A DNA stretch of 64,000 bases, taken from positions 32,240,001-32,304,000 of the forward strand of contig OX597817.1 of the NCBI GenBank assembly GCA_951406725.2. Reading direction: 5' to 3'. A model generated the notes under the pieces. That model made no database searches and had not been told where the DNA came from. It saw only the letters and a program-made list of their open reading frames with translations. Shown piece after piece: positions 53,121-64,000 of the stretch; positions within the stretch are counted from its first letter, which is position 1; each line of letters begins with the position of its first letter. Source of the stretch: Octopus vulgaris (taxonomy: Eukaryota). Both the position numbers and the translations under genes were made by a program.

Positions 53121-53622
53121 GTTGAGCTCCGACCATGGATTTCTGGGGATTACGTCGTACACAGCACTAGCAATGCATGGCATCCAGGACACACCTTCAT
53201 GTATCGAAGGTAACTTCCAACACTTCCTAATGAGCCACAAACTACTTCAGTAACACTACTTGTGCTTTAGTAGTTAAGGAAATAACTTTGTGGCAAAATT
53301 TCACTTTTGGAGTAAAAAATCATTTTTGAGCTATATCTTTCCTGGTGACAGCCCGCTAGTGCAATACACATATGCAGTCACGATGCTATGGAGTTGGCCT
53401 TCACGAGGTAGAGACCCGAGTGCCACCTGTTTCTTGAAGTTGGAAACAATGGGCTTGAAACAACTTACCCGAGTAACAACTAGACCCGGTCTCCCCTAGT
53501 AGGCTTCAAACCTCACACTTACCAAGTATTCGTTACAAAAAATGCAGGCTAAATGGCTTCTTTATATTTAAGAGTAAAAGTAAATCCATATTGAAAAAAA
53601 TCGTTGTATGTCCTGTTTTTTT

Positions 53623-53684
<62 letters not shown>

Positions 53685-53839
53685 AACAGTTTTACTCACT
53701 TCCCGATTCGTGTTATTGCATCTAAATGTCTGCAACAACTATCACTTCGGCGTGGCCTTTTATCGATTATATTTTGACAAATTTTTCCCTTTATCCATAG
53801 GAAGGTGCTTTCAATTTCATATAATAAAAAAAGTAACTA

Positions 53840-54215
53840 AGACGCAGGTGGCTGTGTAATAAGAAGTTTGCTTCCCAGCCACATGGTTCGGGGTTCAGTC
53901 CCACTGCGTGGCACCTTGCGCAAGTGTCTTTAAACTATAGATCGGGCCGGCCGACCAAAGCCTTGTGAGTAGATTTGATAGACGGAAACTGAAGGAAGCA
54001 GGTTGTGTGTGTATGAGGATTCCTCACCATGGCTTCACAACCGGTGTTGCGTTTACGTCCCTGTAAATTAGCGGTGGCTCAGCAAAAGGGACCAATAGAA
54101 TAAGTACCAGGCTTTAAAAAAGCAATCAGTACTGGGGTTACGATTCATTCGAATAAAAAATTCTTCAAGGCGGTGCCCCAGCTTGGCCGCAGTCTAACAA
54201 CTGAAACAAGTAAAG
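53840..54215 (+). mobile_element. SINE family A variant
   Basis: Head, short microsatellite and tail GGCGGTGCCCCAGCTTGGCCGCAGTC. Confidence 0.8.
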
Positions 54216-54449
54216 AATGATATTTTGAAAATAATTGTAAAAAGATGAAAACATTAATGAAATTAGTCCAGATGAATTTATATTTGTAAACATTTAAAAA
54301 CCTTATTATTGGATTAATTTTATAATACGAAATTACTTTTGAAATGGACAAATTGTGTCAATATATGTTGATCTTACATATGAATAACACACAACTAACT
54401 TATGCCAACAAGTACCAACTACTGTGACACAACTCACTGCTTATATATA

Positions 54450-54999
54450 TTACGAGCAAAACGCCCCCTGTCCAATGGACGGTGCTGAGTTGTGAAACAT
54501 TTAAACCAAATTTTCTCAAAACAACTTGTCCGATCGTAACATAGGCCTCCCCTTTGAGAAACACTGATTTAACCTAAATTTGAGACACCAGCAAAAGAAG
54601 AAGTAAAGATAAACATTTTTCTATTCCAAAGAAAAAAGATTTTATTCACACAAATATGCAACCGAAGAGTTTAAAGTACCAGTAATGATAAGGCTGTTGA
54701 CTGGGAGAACACAAACATGGTTTAAACAGTAAGCTTGGCAGGAAAGAAACGTATATTTAAGCAGTACAAAAACAACAAAAATGGAAGGTACAGTTATGTA
54801 CAGGTTGACAAGAAAAGCAGAACAAAAACGGCTTTATCGATCGCATTCTCACCTGGAATCGATTTTTGTAATTTTTTCAAGACTCATACACGCCCTGATA
54901 CCGTCGGTATCTATATCTCAAATTTGAACGCAATCGAATGGGGGGTGCCCGAGATCCTAGAAGATACACACACAGATAGAATGGATTTTATATAATAGA
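54450..54999 (-). mobile_element. Helitron-like non-autonomous element
   Basis: The minus strand starts A|TCTATTATATAAAATCC...TGTGTGT...TTCAAATTTG. A hairpin CCCTGTCC-aat-GGACGG near 54463-54482 is the putative 3' end, but no clean CTAG is seen. Confidence 0.45.
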
Positions 55000-55839
55000 T
55001 ATTTCCAGATCCGGGTTGTAAAATCATGGCTGTAAATGCATATCATATAAACATCATTCACAAATATACTCTCCCCTCTGAGACGGTTAATACACAGTTA
55101 AAAGAAAAACAGAGCGCTATGTTCACGAGATATATGCAATACTTACTGATATAAGTCATTATAAAATGCAGGGTTCATATGCCTAATCTTACAGAAATGG
55201 TTGCTGATAAAAAAACACAGAAATATTTTATTTATAAACGCTCTAATACATCATCGACAAAGGATTTTACAATAAACAGCATCCATTTGAAGTCGTAGAA
55301 CGCGAGTATGGAACCAAAACAGAAGAAGGAAAAAGAATAATGGCATCAAATTTCCTGGTTTTTATGTTGTAAAGTAACACGGATAAAAATCCACTAAAAA
55401 GTAAACATATTTTAGTATTTTAATATTCTCAATGAAAGTTCTAGAATAGTTGTTTAAGAACTACTATTCTAAACGGCAGACGAAAGAGAATCTTAAAATA
55501 TGAAACAACAGAAGAACCTCAGAAACGCATACATACGCACATGTACACACACACACGTGCACACACACACACACGTGCGCGCGCGCACACACACACAGAT
55601 AGACACACGTACACATATGCACACACACACATACATACAAGCATACACATGCACACGCACAACATACATACACATGCAATACATACACATGCACAACACG
55701 AGATTGGCTCTATCATACAAGCAACTTTGCGTTTTCCTAGATTTGACTGTATATCTCAGGAACTATACGTGTGTGAATGTGTGTACGTGCATGTATGTAT
55801 GTATGAACTTTGCCCATCCTAATCTTATTCTCACAGCTA

Positions 55840-56212
55840 CACTGTCAGAGCATCCAACTCCACTACCAACTTAGTCACCTAGATAACGGAAGCTATCTAC
55901 CACCTCTAGTTGATGGAGTCTATTTTCTACACATTTTCAACGTTTATTTTGTACCTGTGCTTCTTCCACATACAAAAGCTAGTTTCCCTATAAACCTACC
56001 TCTGATATTGCTGCACCATTTATGTGTTCAGAGATGCACTGGGTGCATCTTATGAAGTTTTTACCTACACCTTTTCTACAGATCGAGCAGGGCCATCTAC
56101 CTGAAGAGATTTGTAATTTTTCTGCCTTCCTACTTACTAAGACTTTGTCTTTTGCTAGGTTAACTATAAGGCCCTTTGATTATAGACCTTGCTTCCATAC
56201 CAGGAATTTCTC
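55840..56212 (-). mobile_element. RTE-type LINE fragment with a Cys-rich insert
   Basis: EKFLVWKQGL*SKGLIVNLAKDKVL...GRWPCSICRKGVGKNFIRCTQC...VDSFRYLGD. Confidence 0.8.
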
Positions 56213-56226
56213 TAGTTCAGGTAGAG

Positions 56227-56271
<45 letters not shown>

Positions 56272-56427
56272 ATTATTTATATATACATACATACATATAT
56301 CTTTTAAATTTGAATATGCAAATAAAGCTCCTATTCCATTATGCCGGCCACAGTCTAATGATGCTGATTTTGGGGATTGCACCGAGCTGTACCGATATAA
56401 TGTGGGATAAATATAGAAATAATAACA

Positions 56428-56482
<55 letters not shown>

Positions 56483-56529
56483 ATATATATATATATATAT
56501 ATACATATACACCACACACACACACACAT

Positions 56530-56887
56530 ATACAAAATAAGAAAATGGAGGAATACAGTTTAATCAATCATCAACTACCAGATAATACCCATTCACATAA
56601 TTTATTAACCAACTACATAGGAACCATCAAGATCAAACACAATAATACAGAACAAAACAGTACACATCAATGAGTTATATGATACTATAAGTACAATATG
56701 TATAAATAAATATAAATAAATATAAATATAAATATAAACTAGATCTTACAGCTGTTTCAGTCGTGTTCTGTATTATTGTGTTTGATCTTGATGTTCCTAT
56801 GTAGTTGGTTAATAAATTATATGAATGGGTATTATCTGGTAGTTGATGATTGATTAAAGTGTATTCCTCCATTTTCTTATTTTGTAT
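56530..56887. repeat. inverted repeat, arms of about 124 bp with a spacer of about 110 bp
   Basis: TACAAAATAAGAAAATGGAGG...CAGAACA pairs with TGTTCTG...CCTCCATTTTCTTATTTTGTA. Confidence 0.92.
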
Positions 56888-57395
56888 TATGAATTTGAGG
56901 TAAAGCAATTTACCTTCGCCCATATGATACAATAAATGAATTAATTGCATGGCAATTCTTAGCATTTATGTATTAACTTTACTGGGTGCTTTATGGCAGT
57001 ATATTGGATATACGTTATCCCATAGAGGGTTGCACTCACAACCCCTATCTCACTTTATATATATATATTAATATATTAAATTACATGAGACATCTGTACG
57101 TCACTGGATTATAGGGACAAAAAACGTGTACGATATGTATAACACAAATTATGTATCCATAGTTAAATATGCAGTAAGAAACAAGGTGACCGTAAACCAT
57201 TTCAGAAGCAGCTTGCTCTTTGGTGTTTCTAGTAAAAGGATATCCATAAATCAGTGGAACAGGATTTTGGAGTTTTCAATTTTCCGAATGGTTTTACCGT
57301 GTACACAGATGAAACCTGAGTATTTCGCTCTTCCACTAACGTAGTTGATACATTCACAAACACATATACGCGTACGCACTCTCTCTCACACACAC

Positions 57396-57488
<93 letters not shown>

Positions 57489-57926
57489 AAAATGTTATAT
57501 GTGTTTATGCGTGAGCGAGTGAAAGACAGAGACAGAGAGAGAGGGAAAGCATAAACTCCAAAAAGGAATCTTGGATATGATGAACGGAAAGCATCAAGAA
57601 ATTAAGGAGCAAAAAGAAACAAAGAAAGACAAAAATTCATTTTTAAAAAAATGAATAAATAAACAAGAAGATAAAGTGAGAAACGCCATATTTGAACGAC
57701 GAACTATGGCGGCCAAAAGAAGAACCGTGAAGAGGCCAATTATTGAAAAACATCAAATGAAACGAACGGATGCCGATTCCTGTAGTTACCTCAGAAGTTA
57801 GACTGCTAATTGCTTCACCATTGCTCACATACACACGTATATGTATATGTATGTAAATATACATGTATGTATATGTGTATGTATGTATTATGTATTATGT
57901 ATGTATCTATGTATGCATGTATGCGC

Positions 57927-57961
<35 letters not shown>

Positions 57962-58011
57962 TGTATGTTTCTAGGTATATATGTATGTATATACATATAG
58001 GTATATATATG

Positions 58012-58100
<89 letters not shown>

Positions 58101-58167
58101 GTACGAATAGGTGTGCATATATATATATATGCATGCGTGTAAGTGTATATATATATATTTTATATAC

Positions 58168-58215
<48 letters not shown>

Positions 58216-58222
58216 TATATAT

Positions 58223-58256
<34 letters not shown>

Positions 58257-58261
58257 GCATT

Positions 58262-58292
<31 letters not shown>

Positions 58293-58897
58293 TATATATA
58301 TACATATACATTAATATATATTAATATATATATATATACATATATATATATACATATAAATTTTACTTCTTTCATCGTTGTTTTCCTTTTTTCCATTACT
58401 GTTTTTGTTTTGTTTTTGTTGTTTTTGTTTTGTTTTTGTTGTTTTTGTTTTTTGTTGTTTTTTTACATTTTCCTTTCAGTATCACAACGTATGACAGCAA
58501 GAATAGAGAACTACTCTAATTAATGTCCTGCTGGTTTTGATTCGCCACTGATAATCTTCTAATGGCTGCCAGGGACTCTTAGATGATGGTTTTCATATGG
58601 TTACAACCGAGCTGTTGGGTTTTAGAAATTTTTGATTTTATTGCTGTTTTTATTTATATCAGTTTTTCTTTCTTTCAGTTGTTGACTTTTTTCTTGTATT
58701 TTTTGTTGTTGCTTTTATTTAGAATAGAGAAGGCCATGTTCAATAGCATAAGTTACGCATGTGATGCATAAGGCAGTGTTTTGGTGATTGTGCATGCATT
58801 CGGTATATGCATATGCGTTTGTGTGTGTACACATAAAAACACACACACATATATATGTATACATACATATACATATATACATGTACATATATATATA

Positions 58898-59105
58898 AAG
58901 TTAATCCGAACAAGAAAACACAAAAAAACACAACAACGTGAGGACGTGGAACAAATATAGTATTATTGGACGCTCAGGAAAGAAGGAAAGAAGGAGGGTT
59001 TAACGTTTCGAGCGGAGCTCTTCGTCGGAAACATAGAAGGAAAGATACAGAGAAGGGAAGACAGAGGAAAAAAATCGCCAACCGTACACACGAGGTCACA
59101 TTTTG
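58898..59105 (-). mobile_element. Penelope-like terminal repeat (CCGACGA family)
   Basis: Reverse-complement homologue of 49817-49982. Confidence 0.6.
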
Positions 59106-59139
59106 AAAGACCGGAAGGGAATTCTTTTACTGCTCTCCG

Positions 59140-59520
59140 TCCTTTGACTGCAGCCATGCTGGAGCACCGCCTTTAGTCAAGGCTATAGTAGAAGGCAACT
59201 CCCCAAGTTGCCACGCAATGTGACTTTTATTTATATTTGTTTTATTCTTTTATTTGTTTCAGTCAGTTGACTACGGTCATGCTGGAGCACAGCCTTTAGT
59301 CGAACAAATCGAACCCAGGACTTATTCTTTGTACGCCTAGTACTTACTCTATCGGTCCCTTTTGCTGAATGGCTACGTTACAGAGACGTAATCACACCAA
59401 CATAGATTGTCAAACGATGGTCTTCTACTATAGCCCGGGGTTGTAGTAGAAAACACTTGTCCAAGGTGCCACGCAGTGGGACTGAACCCAGAACCATGTG
59501 ATTGGGAAGCAAGTTTCTTA

Positions 59521-59523
<3 letters not shown>
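59140..59523 (-). mobile_element. rearranged SINE family A pieces
   Basis: Two tails and two head fragments, with a short plus-strand piece. Confidence 0.7.
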
Positions 59524-59569
<46 letters not shown>

Positions 59570-59638
59570 TCCTTAAATCCTTAAAAATGTTTTAGCTGGA
59601 AGGCCGCGGCCATGCTGGGGCACCACCGCTGTTTCCTG

Positions 59639-59700
59639 TGCATCGGTCGGGAAACGAACCCGGGCCGCCCGCGTGGATGGCGAGCATTCTACCACTGAAC
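59639..59700 (-). pseudogene. tRNA-Gly pseudogene (GCC-type body, anticodon loop mutated to CA-TCC-AC, 5' acceptor strand lost)
   Basis: Minus strand GTTCAGTGGTAGAATGCTCGCCATCCACGCGGGCGGCCCGGGTTCGTTTCCCGACCGATGCA compared with invertebrate tRNA-Gly(GCC). Confidence 0.85.
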
Positions 59701-59808
59701 AATATCATGTACAAACATATAGATATATGTATATCAATATTTATATGTATATGTATATAGTCAGGAATATTTCCATATACATATATGCATACGTACATGC
59801 ATTTACCT

Positions 59809-59894
<86 letters not shown>

Positions 59895-59903
59895 ATGCGT
59901 GCA

Positions 59904-59959
<56 letters not shown>

Positions 59960-59994
59960 TATGTGTGCGTGAAGGTAATTAAGCATATTAAGTA

Positions 59995-60230
59995 AGGCGG
60001 CGAGCTGGCAGAATCGTTAGCACGCCGGGAGAAATGCGTAGCCGTATTTCGTCTGCCGTTACGTCCTGAGTTCAAATTCCGCCGGGGTCGACTTTGCCTT
60101 TAATCCTTTCGCGGTCGATAAATTAAGTACCAGTTACGCACTGGGATCGATGTAATCCACTTAATCCATTTGTCTGTCCTTGTTTGTCTTCTCTGTGTTT
60201 AGCCCCTTGTGGGTAGTAAAGAAATAGGTA
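59995..60230 (+). mobile_element. SINE family B, full-length monomer
   Basis: GGCGGCGAGCTGGCAGAATCGTTAGC...GTAGTAAAGAAATAGG. GGTAATTAAGCA occurs on both flanks as a possible TSD. Confidence 0.9.
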
Positions 60231-60464
60231 ATTAAGCACATATTTCAATTTAAGTAAGATAGTAATTATTATGTTGGTGATACAAGCACATACTCCTACA
60301 CGCACATGCACATACGCGCGTACACGGAGACACTCAAACGTGTGCTTTTTATTAAGATAAAAGTTGTAAATGCGCACGTATGTGTGTGTATGAAGGCATG
60401 TGTGTAAATAGGTATATGCAAATGTATTTAAAGAAATATTAAAAATTTATATATATAATACATA

Positions 60465-60873
60465 CAGGAGTGGCTGTGTGGTAAGTAGCTTGCTAACCAA
60501 CCACATGGTTCCGGGTTCAGTCCCACTGCGTGGCATCTTGGGCAAGTGTCTTCTGCTATAGCCTCGGGCCGACCAATGCCTTGTGAGTGGATTTGGTAGA
60601 CGGAAACTGAAAGAAGCCTGTCGTATATATGTGTATATATATATATGTGTGTGTGTGTGTGTCTGTGTTTGTCCCCCTAGCATTGCTTGACAACCGAAGC
60701 TGGTGTGTTTACGTCCCCGTCACTTAGCGGTTCGGCAAAAAGAGACCGATAGAATAAGTACTGGGCTTACAAAGAATAAGTCCCGGGGTCGATTTGCTCG
60801 ACTAAAGGCGGTGCTCCAGCATGGCCGCAGTCAAATTACTGAGACAAGTAAAAGAGTAAAAGAGTAAAAAGAG
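60465..60873 (+). mobile_element. SINE family A, full length
   Basis: Complete head, microsatellite and tail. Confidence 0.9.
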
Positions 60874-61091
60874 TATATTCCCTAATTTTATATAGACAGA
60901 TAAATAGATAAACACATACATACATACATACATACATACATACATACATACATGTCTATATATGTATACACAATTATGTGTGTATATATATAATATATGT
61001 ACATACATATATAAGTGCCAACATACGAAAATCTCGGTCCTTGAGTTACTCTCTTGCTTCTGCTAAATATTAATCATTCATATACATGGGT

Positions 61092-61140
<49 letters not shown>

Positions 61141-61144
61141 GGGT

Positions 61145-61193
<49 letters not shown>

Positions 61194-61293
61194 ATTGTTA
61201 AGGAATAATAAATATGTACTCAGCAAAAAGTATTGCGTAATCCTTCAGCTTAATGTAAAACATTAATATATGTAGATAGATAGACAGATAGAT

Positions 61294-61416
61294 ATGTTTC
61301 TTTATTAGCCACACAGGGCTGCACACAGACGGGACGAATTACAAGGTAGAGCGTTTCTTTTGGGGGAGAAAAAAAGCGGGGTAGGCTTTCGATCAAAAGG
61401 GATCGTAAAAAGGAAA
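61294..61416 (-). mobile_element. LINE-like 3' end inserted in (GATA)n
   Basis: The minus strand ends CTTGTAATTCGTCCCGTCTGTGTGCAGCCCTGTGTGGCTAATAAAGAAACA (hairpin plus AATAAA). Confidence 0.5.
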
Positions 61417-61435
61417 TATAGATAGATAGACAGAC

Positions 61436-61562
<127 letters not shown>

Positions 61563-61567
61563 CAGAC

Positions 61568-61646
<79 letters not shown>

Positions 61647-61766
61647 TAGATAGATAGATATACAGACAGACAGACAGACAGACAGACATAAATACATATA
61701 CACACATATGTATATATATATATATGCACATAGGTATATATGTGTATGTATATATATATATAGGTA

Positions 61767-61806
<40 letters not shown>

Positions 61807-61826
61807 TATATACACACATAGGTATG

Positions 61827-61857
<31 letters not shown>

Positions 61858-62004
61858 TATAAAAATACAAAATGGGACAAGAACGCAAAACACTCAAAAA
61901 GACGATACAAAAAACACTGACGGGTCATTCGAAGCCTCTAATCTTCAGTCAAGAACCGGATCATCCTCGCAATTTCGGCTACACATATATACATATACAT
62001 TTAG

Positions 62005-62058
<54 letters not shown>

Positions 62059-62728
62059 CGTGTAAGTATACATGTCTTTGAGTTTGTCATCTATTCATAT
62101 ACATGGGTTGCATGTTTTTTATTTACAGCTGTGTGTTTATGACAATGTATGCAATATTTAATATATTTCATACAAGGAAGTTGTGCTAAGAAGCTACAGT
62201 GAATGTGTATGAGCTTGATAAAAAGATATCTCAATTTAATTATGTATGTATCACAGTTTTTTTCTCTCTTCCCAGGTCTTTTTTATCCTTTGTTCTTATT
62301 TTAATTCTTGACTCAACATCTTCGTTATAATTATCAAAGGCAACAGTCGCGCGGCTCTCATCAGCGCTCTCATCACCACCATCACCATTACCACCAACAA
62401 TGATATTATCAGTGGCCCCTTGGCAATATCTCATCACCAACCTCATCGTCCTCATTATCGTTGCTACCGTCTCCATTGTGATGTCATCAGCTTTGACCCA
62501 TCACTTGATGTCATCGTGATTCTTCCCATTTTGAAATCGTTGGAATGCCTGTCATTGCCTACCGACACGAGCATAGACTGCTCTCATATGTGTGTGTGTA
62601 TGCATGTATGTATGTATGTATCGTCTTTTAGAAAACATAAATCCGAAAGAAGAAGCGCACTCTAAGATGTGGAGCAACATATACTAAAAATGGGGAAGGT
62701 CGGTTTATGGGATTACCTTAGGTTTCCC

Positions 62729-62874
62729 GTCTATAAAGGGTGTAGCTTTATGGGGTATCGTCAGATCCCAAAAACTTGTTGGTCCATGACCTCTTAAAAA
62801 TACCTTTAAGAGGTCGTGGGCCAACAGGTTTTGGGGATCTGACGATACACCATAAAGCTAAACCCTTTATGGAC
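62729..62874. repeat. 146-bp hairpin or palindrome (MITE or hairpin RNA)
   Basis: ATAAAGGGTGTAGCTTTATGGGGTATCGTCAGATCCC...ACCTCTTAAA pairs with TTTAAGAGGT...GGGATCTGACGATACACCATAAAGCTAAACCCTTTAT. Confidence 0.9.
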
Positions 62875-63147
62875 TTATCTGCCAAGTTTGTGCCAAAATC
62901 GCTTTCAGCTGGACACTCGGGTTTCAGTTGCACAAAATTTCCTTGATTGTGTCGAGAACACTGAAAACTTTTTGAAAACTTTGCGTAGGCTTCTGATCAA
63001 GCATCGCTAAACTTTTGGCAAAAATTTGATGCAAATTCTCTACTCATCTTTCTGTCTCAACTATTTTTTGCCTGTAGATCCCTTCGAGTATAATTTTACT
63101 CGGGTGGGCCCTCATAGCCATTCGATGTTTAAAAAAAGTTCCTATTA

Positions 63148-63324
63148 TAGGCGCAGGAGTGGCTGTGTGGTAAGAAGCTTGTTTACCAACAACACGGTTC
63201 CGGGTTCATTCCCACTGCGTGGCACCTTGGGCAAGTGTCTTCTACTATAGCTTCGGGCTGACCAAAGCCTTGTGAGTGGATTTGGTAGACGGAAACTCAA
63301 AGAAGCCCGTCGTATATATGTATA

Positions 63325-63372
<48 letters not shown>

Positions 63373-63992
63373 CGTGTATGTTTGTATGTCTGTGTTTGTC
63401 CCCCAGCATCGCTTGACAACCGATGCTGGTGTGTTTATGTCCCCGTCACTTAGCGGTTTGGCAAAAGAGACCGATAAAATAAGTACTGGGCTTACAAAGA
63501 ATAAATCCCGGGGTCGAGTTGCTCGATTAAAGGTGGTGCTCCAGCATGGCCGCAGTCAAATGACTGAAACAAGTAGAATAGAGAGTAAAAGACAGTATTA
63601 TAGGCGCAGGAGTGGCTGTGTGGTAAGAAGCTTGCTTACCAACCACATGATTCAGAGCTTAGTTCCACTGTGTGGAACCTTGGGCAAGTGTCTTCTACTA
63701 TAGCCACGGGCCGACCAAAGGCTTGTGAGTGGATTTGGCAGACGGAAACTGAAAGAAGCTCGTCGTATATATATATGTGTGTGTGTTCGTGTGCTTGTGT
63801 GTCTGTCTTTGTCCCCCACCCCGTTTGACAACCGATGTTAGTGTGTTTACGTCCCTGTAAGTTAGCGTTTCGGCAAAAGAGACCGATAGAATAATAGGCT
63901 GACAAAGAATACGTCCTGGGATCGATTTGTGCGACTAAAGGCGGTGCTCCAGCATGGCCGCAGTCAAATGACTGAAACAAGTAAAAGAGTAT
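63148..63992 (+). mobile_element. two SINE family A copies in head-to-tail tandem
   Basis: 63148-63592 and 63602-63992 are both preceded by TATTATAGGCGCAGGAG, and TATTATA also follows copy 2. Confidence 0.9.
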
Positions 63993-64000
63993 TATATTTT

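Noticed and set aside
57690-57830. Short ORF MAAKRRTVKRPII with an ATGGCGGC motif
   Set aside because: It is only about 30 codons with no supporting splice or promoter context.
59639-59709. Functional tRNA-Gly(TCC) gene
   Set aside because: The 5' acceptor strand is absent, and U33 and A58 are mutated.

Overview
Eukaryotic, AT-rich, microsatellite-saturated non-coding DNA, most likely an intron or intergenic block of a coleoid cephalopod (Octopus-like, inferred from the SINE families, the 5S sequence and the microsatellite density). No intact host gene is evident, and almost all listed ORFs are microsatellite translations. The window is a dense transposon graveyard: two R4/Dong-type RLE LINE 3' ends, three RTE LINE pieces, Penelope-like (GIY-YIG) remnants, several mariner, Tc1 and maT relics, a hAT MITE, two Mutator-like foldbacks with 9-bp TSDs, about six Helitron derivatives and at least three tRNA-SINE families. 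It also holds a 5S rRNA pseudogene and a tRNA-Gly pseudogene fused to a SINE tail. The most notable layer, invisible in the ORF track, is a set of more than a dozen minimal type I hammerhead-ribozyme motifs in short Penelope-like or retrozyme-like repeats, many inserted in (TA)n. Two look essentially intact (12770-12855 with a very long stem II, and 48407-48449). One pair forms hammerhead-bearing direct repeats around about 1.5 kb, and two multi-copy families carry fixed non-canonical catalytic cores. Several long, near-perfect DNA palindromes and an exact partial tandem duplication accompany these repeats. All calls were made by eye.
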